Below, in pieces: positions 51,571-62,222 of a stretch of DNA of 64,000 nucleotides. This DNA comes from Heptranchias perlo (lineage: Eukaryota). The notes below the pieces were generated by a model. It saw only the letters and a list, made by a program, of their open reading frames with translations. It searched no databases and had not been told where the DNA came from. Each line of letters starts with the position of its first letter. Position 1 is the stretch's first letter. The translations under genes and the position numbers were made by a program. The stretch covers positions 26,784,001-26,848,000 of the forward strand of contig NC_090356.1 in NCBI RefSeq assembly GCF_035084215.1, given 5' to 3'.

Positions 51571-51719
51571 TAACATTGAAACATATCTTGATAGTCAACC
51601 AAGAAGTGGCATCGATGGCAACCGTGACCGAGAGCATCCACTTTCCCAGCCATGTAAAAGCCGCTCGAAAATAATTACTTGATGCGCTCCCAACTCAAGC
51701 AGACTGGTGTTATATTGGC

Positions 51720-52110
51720 ATCAGCCTTGACTCAATTGGTAGCACCCTTGCCTGTGAGTCAGGAAGCTATAGGTTCAAACCCCACTCCAGAGAGTTGAGC
51801 ACATAATCTAGGCTGATACTTCAGTGCAGTACTGAGGTGCCACCTGTCAGATGAGGCATTAAACTGGAGCTCCATCTGACCCCTGAAATGGACATAAAGA
51901 TCCCATGACGCTATTCAAAGAGCAGTGGAGCTCTCCTGGCCAACGTGAATCCCTCAACAAACATCATTTATCTCATTGCTGTTTGCGGGACCTTGCTGTG
52001 CGCAAATAGGCAGGAGCGTTTCCTACATTACAACAATGACTACACTTCAAAAGTGCTTTGGAACACCCTGAGGTCATGGAAAGCACCATATAAATGCAAG
52101 TTATTTTTTT
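51720..52110 (+). mobile_element. SacSINE1-like Deu-SINE
   Basis: tRNA-like B box GGTTCAAACCCC, central domain and TATAAATGCAAG tail. Confidence 0.8.
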
Positions 52111-53439
52111 CTATGGGGAGCAAGCAGGAGCGTGAGATTAGGTGGCTCATGTGGAGCAAAACACTGACACAGGCTTTAATGGGACAAATGGTCTGTTTCA
52201 GTGCTGTACCATTCTATGATTCTATGAAAATATCACCTGATTAATGAAAAAAATGCTCAGTACTGAGACTCAGAGAAGATTGTTTTCTTTCCCTTCCTTT
52301 CCCCCACATTTCTGTTGTCCAAATCCAATAAAATGTTATCACTTCCTCCAGCCCTATGTTTAAATTTCCAGCATTGTCCTTTGTTGCCCTACAAATTGGC
52401 CAGTCCTGTTTTGCCTTGGATCAAAACCAATTTTGCTGGAAGATATAACAACAACTTGCATTTAGATTTGCCATCCATAAGTAAAAATAAACCTTTGTCT
52501 CCGATTCCTGACCATCCTCAATGGAAAGTGCACTGTGCATATATATAAGGTGCCTTTAAGAACGTTCGTAAGAAATAGGGGCAGGAGTAGGCCATACGGT
52601 TCCTCGAGCCTGCTCCGCCATTCAATAAGATCATGGCTGATCTTCGCTCGACTCCACTTTCCTGCTCGATCCCCATGTCCCTTGATTCTCCTAAAGTCTA
52701 AAAATCTATTGATCTCAGTCTTGAATATACTCAATGACTCAACATCCACAGCCCTCTGGGGTAGAGGATTCCGAAGATTCACAATCTTCTGAGAGAAGAA
52801 ATTCCTCCTCATCTCAGTCTTAAATGGCCGACCCCCATATTCTGCGACTATGCCCATTAGTTCCACACTCTCCAGCCAGGAGAAAGATCCTCTCAGCATC
52901 TACCCTGTCAAGCCCTCTCAGAATCTTATATGTTTCAATGAGATCACCTCTCATTCTTCTAAACTCCAGAGAATATAGACCCATTCTACTCAATCTCTCC
53001 TCATAGGACAACCCTCTCATGCCAGGAATCAATTTAGTGAACCTTCAGTGCACTGCCTCTAAGGCAAATATATCCTTCCTTAGAAAAGGAGACCAAAACT
53101 GTACGCAGTACTCCAGGAGAGATCTCACCAAAGCCCTGTACAATTGTAGCAAGACTTCCTTACTCTTGTACTCCAACCCCCTTGCAATAAAGGCCAACAT
53201 GCCATTTGCCTTGCTAATTGCTTGCTGTACCTGCATGCTAACTTTTTGTGTTTCTTGAACGAGGACACCCAGACCTCTCTGAACACCAACATTTAATAGT
53301 TTCTCCACCATTTAAAAAATATTCTATTTTTTTATTCTTCCTACCAAAGTGAATAACCTCACATTTCCCCACATTATACTCCATCTGCCACTTTCTTGCC
53401 CACTCACTTAACCTGTCTATATCCCTTTTCAGACTCTTT

Positions 53440-55042
53440 GGGGTCGATTTTAGGATGGCCGAGTGGGTGCGTTATGGGCGGGGGGACTCATAAAATCAGG
53501 GAATCCCGGAGCGGGTCCGGAGCCTGGTTCCAACCCGCCCACTTCCGGGTTCCCCAGTGACGCGTTCGAGTGCGTGCGCAGCTTCCGCATGCGGGACTCC
53601 CACCGGCAATTAAAGCCGGCGGGATGACAATTTAAATACTTATTTACCTAGTTGAGGTACTTGACAGACCTCATTGACAGGAGATTTTGGCAGGGGTGCA
53701 ATTTTTATGGATCCTCAGTGTGTTTCCCGTGCTGTGGGAAACACTCCCTGTTGGAGCAGACGTGTTTCAGCCAGCAGCCAGTGGGAGATGCAAAGAATTT
53801 TTTTACAGTTGGGGGGAATACCTTATTCATTGCAGCAGGGCACTCTGTCACTTCAGACAAAGTTTTGGCTGCAACACCTTTGTCTTTCCACTCAATATTA
53901 TTAATTTATACCCTAAACTCTGCTGTGCAAACACATTTACATACTTTGCGGACCCCCTCAAACTCACACCATCAGGATGAGGGGCGCCATGGCTTCATTC
54001 ATCACTTCATCCGAGGACGAGCAACATCACCAGCCTCGCCAGGCACGCCATCCACCTCCGCCACGTGGAGCTCCACAACACGGTGCTGCGCCACAGGCAT
54101 CTGCACAAAATAGTCGTGCAATTACGCATACACCCACTGTAGGGTGTGTTGAACCAAAATCAAATATAAATAAAAAACATGACAAACCATCAAACACCCT
54201 TGTGCATCCCCTTTGTGCTCACAAAACTTTTGCCTTACGCTTCCTACTACACATACATGATGTGTCCCCAGTGGCTGCAGCAGAGGTAGTGGCAGGTTGG
54301 GTGAGGGTGACCGTGAAAGAGATGTATCAGAGGGTGAGTATGAGACAGAGCCATGAGATTGTATGAGGATTGGGTTGAGTGGTAGTGGTGGGATGAGTAC
54401 TGGCGAGGTGACTAAGTGCAGGTAAGTTGAGGATGAGGTTTGAGCTGGTGTGAGGAGTGATGTGATAGAGCAGTGTTGGCAGTGCAGAAGGAGTTGTGGG
54501 GTGAGGGCGGTGATGTGGAAGATGGAGTGTAGGAGAATGAGTGAGTGTGCTCACTTTGGCTGACCTAGTTAGGTCATCAAAGCGCTTCCTGCACTGTATC
54601 CAGGTGCGGGATATGTTGCTGGTGCTGCTGACCTCCTCTGCCACCTCGAGCCAGGCCTTCTTGGTGGCAGAGGCAGGCTGCTTCCTCCCATCTGCCGGGT
54701 AGAAGATCTCCCTCCTCCTCCTCACCCCATCCAGAAAGACCTGGAGTGAGGCATCATTAAACCTGGGAGCAGCCTTTCCCCTGGGCTGCTCTGTGCTGCA
54801 ATTTTGGCTGTTTGCTGCAGGAGCAGCATTGGAGGACTGTCCCTTTAAATAGGGCTCCCCCAGCTGACAGCCTGTGATGTGGGTGCGCAGTCCACCCGCC
54901 GCGCAGGTTTCCCGGAAGCCAAAGTAAGTGGCTTCAATTTACTCACGGTCGCGTGGGGAACCCACCGATTTTACTGGGCGGGTTACCCACGCGCCCAGTC
55001 GACCCCCCGCTGCCAACCCGCCTCCCTGGTAATATTGGGGCC
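53440..55042. mobile_element. Internally deleted PIF/Harbinger transposon (1603 bp), TTT TSD
   Basis: TIRs GGGGTCGATTTT / AATATTGGGGCC; TTT at 53437-39 and 55043-45; removing it restores CR1 'AGACTCTTTGTGTCC'. Confidence 0.88.
54555..54800 (-). pseudogene. Harbinger Myb/SANT-like (trihelix) DNA-binding protein exon 1
   Basis: AAPRFNDASLQVFLDGVRRRREIFYPADGRK...KKAWLEVAEEV...RTWIQCRKRFDDLTRSAK followed by a GTGAG donor; downstream exons appear deleted. Confidence 0.8.
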
Positions 55043-55530
55043 TTTGTGTCCTCCTTACGGCTTACTTTCCCGCCTAGCTTTGTATCGTCAGCAGACTTGG
55101 ATACATTACACTCGATCCCCTCATCGAAGGCATTAATGGGTGTTTTTACCAAGCATTTGAAGCAGTGTTGCTGGAGAATGGAGGTCCACAACGGTTTTGA
55201 TAATACGTGCCTGAAGTAGGACTTTGAACATTGGGATGTTCATGTATTGTGATTATGAAATGCCTGGACTTTTCATCTTGGTACTCATTCCCTCTTCACA
55301 ATGCATCACCCTCATGTTATCTTCTTCCAGCCACAAGGATATACAAGTGGGCCTCAGGCTTTAATGTAACTATAAACACGAATGTTCTTCCAGTTTTCTT
55401 CACGCGCAATACCTACCTTGAAACCTAGAGAATCTGGGTTATTGATAAGTGTATTCGAATCCTGACCTTAACCAGGGTCTCAGTCATGCCGCCAGCAAGG
55501 CAAAAATGAAAATTTTACTCATACTACCAG

Positions 55531-55898
55531 TAGGGTTGCCAACTCTGGTTGAACTAATTCCTGAAGGTTTCGTTACCTGACCTCCCACATCTAAGTGCCC
55601 CGCCCCCACGCTCCCACCATTGCTTGCCCAACACGGCGCACTGTCATCCCCCGCCAATTGAAAAGCGAACAGACTCTTCATTACCCGATTGGATAATTCT
55701 TCACTCTCAGTCAAACAGTCTTTTTGTTCCCATTGCCAATATTTTTATAAGTAATAAATGAAGAAAATGAAAGAAAAAACAATTTGTTTTTTAACGCATT
55801 TATGAATTTTTCTTCCGGGTCTGCTCACAGCAGTGTCCTGGAGATTAATCTTTCATTCCTGAAGACTCTGGGATAATCCTGGAGGGTTGGCAACTCTA
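55531..55898. mobile_element. hAT-type MITE (368 bp) with 8-bp TSD
   Basis: TIRs TAGGGTTGCCAAC / GTTGGCAACTCTA; perfect ACTACCAG at 55523-30 and 55899-906. Confidence 0.92.
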
Positions 55899-56854
55899 AC
55901 TACCAGTTAAGACATTCTTTAAACTGTTTTCTTTAATAGTGCAGCTACGTTGCGCAAGTCATTAAAACCCAAAGCAAGTCAAAAGCATTAAAATGTTACT
56001 TACCTGCTACAGGAGGTGACATTTAATTAGAAGATTTCAGAATACTAAAACAGGAAGCATTCAGTATTGTCAGCCTTTGAATGGCACGATAATCATTGTC
56101 TGAACTTGTGTCTGATGCACATGTATTGTTGCTGAAATTGATGGTGGGTTTAACCAGGATAAAGGGATTTTTGTGATTAAAACCAGAGAACCTTAAGCTT
56201 CTTATCAAATTTGCGCAGGCTATTAAAGCAATGGCATTGCTCTTTGCACAATAAACAGACACAGACCCTAAGCTAAGAAAACAAACACACACTACAAGGA
56301 ACATGCACCCCTTATTGTAGGATCAATCATCAGAATCCTGTGCCATTCAAGAGCGGAATTAGGATTGGCAGCTCGTTTATTCATCTGCAACAGTTGGTAA
56401 TGCTTTCATGAGCGGAAATAATATTTTATTTAAGAAGAGCTGAAGCTCAGCATTTCAGAAACGCACAAAAGATCCAAAGTGTGACAGTTTGGAGCCATGC
56501 TGGTGTTCTGTATTCTCCGCTGCAGTTGATTCAATTATTTTGCTAGCCTTCACCCGAGAGACTGGAGTTCAAACCAAGGCCAACAAAAGTAGGTTGGGGG
56601 GGGGTGTGGGTGGGGGGGTGCGGAGGAAAGCTTTAGTCTGTTTATTTTCAATGGATTCAGTCCTGCCAGACTAAGCCTGTCCCAAAGTGAGTAGCAAGAA
56701 GCCACAGTAATTGTGATTAACCTGGGACTGAGGGAGATTCAGCCAATTGCCATCAGGGGAAAGGTGAAGGAACAATTATTCTCTGCTTCCAAGATGGATT
56801 AAATCTAAAAGGGTAGGTCTTATGTGAGCCTCCCCTGCTGCCAATCAAAGGCCT

Positions 56855-57252
56855 TACAGAGAATTACATAGAGTTACATAGAATGTACAGCACAGAAACA
56901 GGCCATTTGGCCCAACAGGTCTGTGCTGGTGTTTATGCTCCACACGAGCCTCCTCCCGCCCTTCTTCATCTAACCGTAGCAACATACCCTTCTATTCCTT
57001 TCTCCCTCATGTGTTTATCTAGCTTCCCCTTAAATGTATCTGTACTAATCACCTCAACTATTCCTTGTGGTAGCGAGTTCCACATTCGAACCACTCTCTG
57101 GGTAAAGAGGTTACTCCTGAATTCCCTATTGGATTTATTGGTGACTATCTTATATTTATGGCCCCTGGTTCTGGTTTCCCCCTCAAGTGGAAACATCTTC
57201 TCCACATCTACCCTATCAAACCCTTTCATAATCTTAAAGACGTCTATCAGGT
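56855..57252 (-). mobile_element. CR1 LINE 3' fragment
   Basis: DLIDVFKIMKGFDRV...TRTRGHKYKI...FTQRVVRMWNSLP; (TTACATAGA) tail. Confidence 0.9.
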
Positions 57253-57356
57253 CTACCAAAATGTAATACCTCACACTTATCTATATTTCTGGAGAAACAT
57301 ATCAAGTTAATATGATTCAGAAGCTTGTCCCATGTCCTTCTGAAACTATAGTTGAG

Positions 57357-57700
57357 AATTTTTTTCATATTTATTCTCAGGATGTGGGCGTTGCTGGCAA
57401 GGCCGGCATTTATTGCCCATCCCTAATTGCCCCGAGCAGGTGGTGGTGGGCCTTCTTCTTGAACCGCTGCAGTAGCGGTTTGATACAACTGAGTGGCTTG
57501 CTAGGCTACTTCAGAGGGCAGTTAAGAGTCAACCACGTTGTGACTGGAGTTACATATAGGCCAGACCAGGTAAGGCCGGCAGGTTTCCTTCCCTAAACAA
57601 CATTAGCAAATCAGTTGGGTTTTATCGACATTCCAACAACTTCATGGTCACTTTTATTGATACGACGACTGAATTCAAATTCTCAAACTGCCGTGGTGAG
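57357..57700 (-). mobile_element. LINE family B tail / related SINE
   Basis: GGATGTGGGCGTTGCTGGCAAGGCC...GCATTTATTGCCCATCCCTAATTGCCC, as at 29775. Confidence 0.65.
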
Positions 57701-58731
57701 ATGCACTGTTAGCACATTGGACTGTAGTATTTATTGCTCGTTAAGGAGAACAAACGTGTCCTCTCTCTGACCTCAGGAAGTGGAAGTGTTGTGTGGAGGG
57801 TAAAGGTCAGATGGCTTTACACATGCTACTCTGCATGTGCTTTGGGAGTGTGACTGAACTTGTTTAACTAAATCACAGGAGCCAAATGGGACTCTCAACT
57901 TGGGCCAGATGCCTGAAATTTCTGTTGAGTAACGAACACCACTGATCTCGATCACTTACCGCTGAGAAAAGTAGCAAAATAGCCTATCGTCTTTCACCCT
58001 ATTTCTGGATGTCAAAAGACTCATGATTCACAGATCAAACTCCCCTTTTAGTCACTGGTCTTCAAGATGACGTCCTAACCGACAAAGATAATTTCTGAGC
58101 AAAGGTCAAATGGGGAAACGAAGAAGCTTCACCTGCTCGTCATCTCAGCTGGAACTTCAGTCTTACAGCAGACTGCTTCCTGCTCGAGATTCCCACCAAA
58201 GTCAGCTGAGTAGGAGGAAGAGAAGGAGGCGAAAGGTGAATGTTTGGCCCACAGGTAATCTTCAGTTCATGAACACACATGCTGTGTACACATTGAAAGC
58301 AATATTAAATCAGACGTTTTCTTCACAGCAATTAAATAGGGATATGAATGTGCACTGTAATTAAATGGATTACTTTACCACTGAGCTTCCATTACCCTTT
58401 ACACTTTACACATGATTACAAACTGTATGTTCCTTCGCCAATAGAATCCACTGATTAACTTCCCTTCATGGTGTGATGGATGAAGGCAGCACCAGGTGTA
58501 GCACTAAGATTCGGTCCACAGCCTCTGCTGAGTTCATTGATCGCAGCTGACACAGCTTCAGTTGATCTTGGCACCCCTGGGCTAGAGAGGGGGGAAATAT
58601 CGGCCAGGGTTCCTGTTCCTGATTGGAAAATGCACATCAAGCAGGGCTGGACTGTGCTGTGATGCTCTAAATGGTCAAACGCCCTGATGTTACTCACTGT
58701 CTAGGCTCACATCTGAAAAACAGCCATCAAA

Positions 58732-59152
58732 GGTGTCAACCTTGGCTCAGTGGGTTGTACTTTTTGCCCCTGAGTCAAAAGGTCATGGGTTCAAGTCCCA
58801 CTCCAGAGACTTAAGCACATAATCTAGGCTGACACTTCACTGCAGTACTGAGGGAGCACTGCACTGTCGGAGGTGCCGTCTTTCAGATGTGACATTAAAC
58901 CAAAGCTCCGTCTGCCCTCTCAGGTAGACATAAAAGATCCCAAGGCATTATTTCAAAGAAAAGCAGTGTCCTGGCCAATATTTATCCCTCAACCAACATC
59001 ACTAAAATAGATGAACTGGTCATTATTACATTGTTGTTTGTGGGAGCTTGCTGTGTGCAAATTGGCTACAGTAATTCCTATACTTCAAAAGTACTTTATT
59101 GGCTGTGAAGAACTTTGGGACATCCTGAGATTGTGATGCAAGTCTTTCTTTA
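58732..59152 (+). mobile_element. Near full-length SacSINE1-like Deu-SINE
   Basis: A box TGGCTCAGTGG, B box GGTTCAAGTCC, central domain, GCAAGTCTTTCTTT tail. Confidence 0.85.
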
Positions 59153-59790
59153 TCTAATGAGGTACCTGAAGGTTTCTCAGCTCTATGGAATTGGAATCTA
59201 AGGGCTACACCTGGTGCTCCTTTTACCAACTGCACCATCATAGTAAACTAATCAGTGCGTTCTATTGGTGAAGGTACATACAGTGTAGCAGTCTTGCAAA
59301 GGGAGAGAAAATTAAAAACAAAGCACTGTTTAATGAGAGGAAGTCGCCCGTGAAGTTAACTCTCTGCATTTACAAAGCTGCCAAGTCACCATTGATGAAT
59401 GCATGTGTGGACTCGTCTGGTTCCCAGCATGCCCATTTGCGAGATGAACATATTGAACAGAGGAACTTTGGTTCTAATCTAACAAACCCATTTTTATATT
59501 ATTAAGATGATAAATCAGAGTTTGGACGTATATTCATGAACAAGTATGAGTCCCAGCTTGCCAACTGCTCAAAGGAATTGCTTCTGAATATCTCAGGAAC
59601 AAATTAAATCTGTGCCATGAAATAATGCACCTGTATGACAAAATAAGCATTGTATTATATTTCTTCTTTTAAAGGTTAACTAGCTATATCATCCAACAAG
59701 TGCTTTTTCAAGACAAGAAAATAAATGTTAAGATGCTTTCAATGCACTGAAAAATGTCAATGGTGCTTTTCTTCCTCTTGCTATTAGCCA

Positions 59791-59985
59791 TGATGTGGAG
59801 ATGCCGGTGATGGACTGGGGTTGACAAATGTAAGAAATCTTACAACACCAGGTTATAGTCCAACTGTTTTATTTGAAAATCACAAGCTTTCGGAGGCTTT
59901 CTCACCTGACGAAGGAGAAAGCCTCCGAAAGCTTGAGATTTTCAAATAAAACAGTTGGACTATAACCTGGTGTTGTAAGATTCTT
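59791..59985 (+). mobile_element. Penelope-like fold-back remnant containing a hammerhead ribozyme core
   Basis: ~68-bp inverted arms across 59836-59982; CTGACGA (59906-12), stem GGAG/CTCC, GAAA (59927-30), palindromic AAGCTT. Confidence 0.75.
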
Positions 59986-61229
59986 GGTATTAGCACAGAT
60001 GCACATGCTATCAGGGTGTATGCAGTGTGAAAGCAGTTTGCAGCCTTCCCTGACGTGTATTAAATCCGTTTTACCGCAACTTCTGGCCTACATTACTCAC
60101 TGGAAATGAGATGTTATTAAATCGTCATGTGTCCAGAAACAGGAGAATTTTCCAATCGTTTCAACTTAGATTTCTCAAAAGAAAAAGAACAAATCACAGA
60201 GAGGACCACAGTAAACCAGTGCAGCAGACTCACCCTCCGGACACCATGGGCCCAGTATTCCTGCGATCGCTGTTCTTCTCAAAATGTACCGTGAGTAAAG
60301 AGTCAGGGAATGTCAGAAGAAAGCATCAAAATACGCTGCCCTCATTTTTAGTGCTATCTGCCCAAAAAGGTGTAAAAAAGGCTGGTGGGAAGTGAGGGAA
60401 AACATGCAAATTTAACTTGGTAAAAGGCCTTGCAGGCTCGCACAGATCTAGTCAGTGAACATAACAAAGGAGAGGATTTCAGAGTATCACCACAGCACTG
60501 AGAGGGATAGTACAGTGGAGTACTTTGGCTGGACCCATGGTTTTAGCAGCTATTGCCCGGTATATGAACGTACAAAGAACATACGAACGTACAAAATATG
60601 ATGGACCAGAAAAGACCCTCTGGTCCCTCCAGCCTGTTCCACACAAATGTAATACCTCTTGCATCACAATACATACACTCCCCACCCCACCATGTCATCT
60701 CCTGGGAGAGGCAAGAAACCAGATAAAAACCCAGGCCAATTAGAGAAACAAAATGGAAAATTACTTTCCGTCCCCACTTAGGCGATCGAAAACGAGTTCA
60801 GGAGACCACTCTGGCCCTGAGTACAGCACCTACCTCTTGTACAAAGTCCCAGCCTGAAACAGCTCCAATATTTCACAATGCAACCAGAGAAGGAGGCCCA
60901 GGATTTACGTCAGGTACAACCCAATGGGCACATCAAGGGAGGGGAGATGTTACCTTCGCCTCCTGGGTGGTCCTCCCTTTCTAATATGCCCAGCCTTTGT
61001 AGCTTGGCCTCTCCTTGCTTGACCTCCAAAGGCCGTGCTGTCAAATGCCATTGTTGTCCCCCACAAACTGACCCAGCCTTAAAGGCAGCCAGCGGCCCTT
61101 TAATAGCTGCTAGCGCCAGATAATCCAGCCGTTGAACTCTAAGTGCACAAGCACCAGTTACCAGCAGAATCACCAAATATTCAAATTAGCTGAGCTTGCG
61201 TTATGGTGCAACATCATCCACTTGGTCCC

Positions 61230-61445
61230 AGTAGGCGTGCTGCACCTGATGTGTGGCAATCCCAGCAGAGCACCTGTGCTGGGACTACGTTACCCAGTCA
61301 CTGTGAGTAGACGAGCGCACGTGCCCCATTGGATGCCGGCTGGAGGCGGGTGGTCACGTGATGAAACCTCCAAGGATACGTCCAATCAGAGATGGCGACC
61401 CTAACCGTGACCGATGAGACTCAAAGGGGACGGTGACTCAAGGTG
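61230..61445. promoter_or_regulatory. CpG-containing housekeeping-type, possibly bidirectional promoter
   Basis: ACTACGTTACCCA (ACTAYRnnnCCCR, ZNF143/THAP11) 61284-96; CACGTG 61318-23; ATTGG 61328; GGCGGG 61345; GTCACGTGAT 61353-62; CCAAT 61382; AGATGGCG (YY1-like) 61390; TGACTCA 61434; donor-like AAG|GTGAAT 61442/3. Confidence 0.7.
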
Positions 61446-62222
61446 AATCCGTGTTGCTGTCACTTCGTTTTAGCCGACAAACTAAAAGTAACGATGCGAA
61501 TGAAGTAACAACAACAGATTTTCATTCCAATAGCTTGTAATATTCTTCACAGTAACATCTGAAATGAATCACTTGACAATAAAATCACTATCGAATGAAT
61601 CAGTTGCTTGTTTCGCCTGCTGATAATGGGATTTAGTGGAGAATTTCATTATTATGACTATTCATAGGACACTGCTACCACATTTATCAGACTGGGAGTG
61701 ACATGAAAATGATCAAGTGTCTCTGTCTATGATCCGTTTCGCAAAGATGGACTGTGACAATAGGTAGACATTTAAAACAAATAGTTATATAGTTAGATAG
61801 AAATAAATGGGAGCTGTTGCGATGAATTGGGACTTTGAATCCAGAGGGGTGATAAAAGATGACAATCAGTAAACAACTATTTATTTGATGAGGGGTAAGT
61901 TGGGAAGGCCTTAAAATATTTACAGTGAGCTTTTACTGAGCTGGTGCTCAGCCTCAGGCAAGTAGACTGGAGCCTGCAGTGCAGTTTCTGATCTTTACCA
62001 TCGTTCCTCTGCGGACTAAAGGTGGCAGCAATTTGCCCACCCCTGTAATACAACAAAACTGACCGAATCAATGCATTGCACGACTGACCAGAAATAAAAA
62101 TATTACATAGTTTACTGATACTGAAAGGCACAGGGAGAAGAATGGCTTCTAGAACTAGACTTTGTCTATAGTATATTTATGGAACACATTTTTCATGCTG
62201 TAAGCTTTCAATTACTAATTAG

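Larger units (their letters stand above)
52560..55138 (-). mobile_element. CR1 LINE RT fragment split by a Harbinger insertion
   Basis: VSKSADDTKLGG (RT; 55043-55138) continues into YRALVRSLLEYCVQFWSP and LRGLDRVDAE at 52560-53439. Confidence 0.9.

Noticed and set aside
56023-56304. 93-aa ORF with signal-peptide-like N-terminus
   Set aside because: Hydrophobicity comes from TG-rich low-complexity sequence; no recognisable domain.
58742-58805. tRNA gene
   Set aside because: The A/B boxes belong to the SINE head and run directly into the SINE body.
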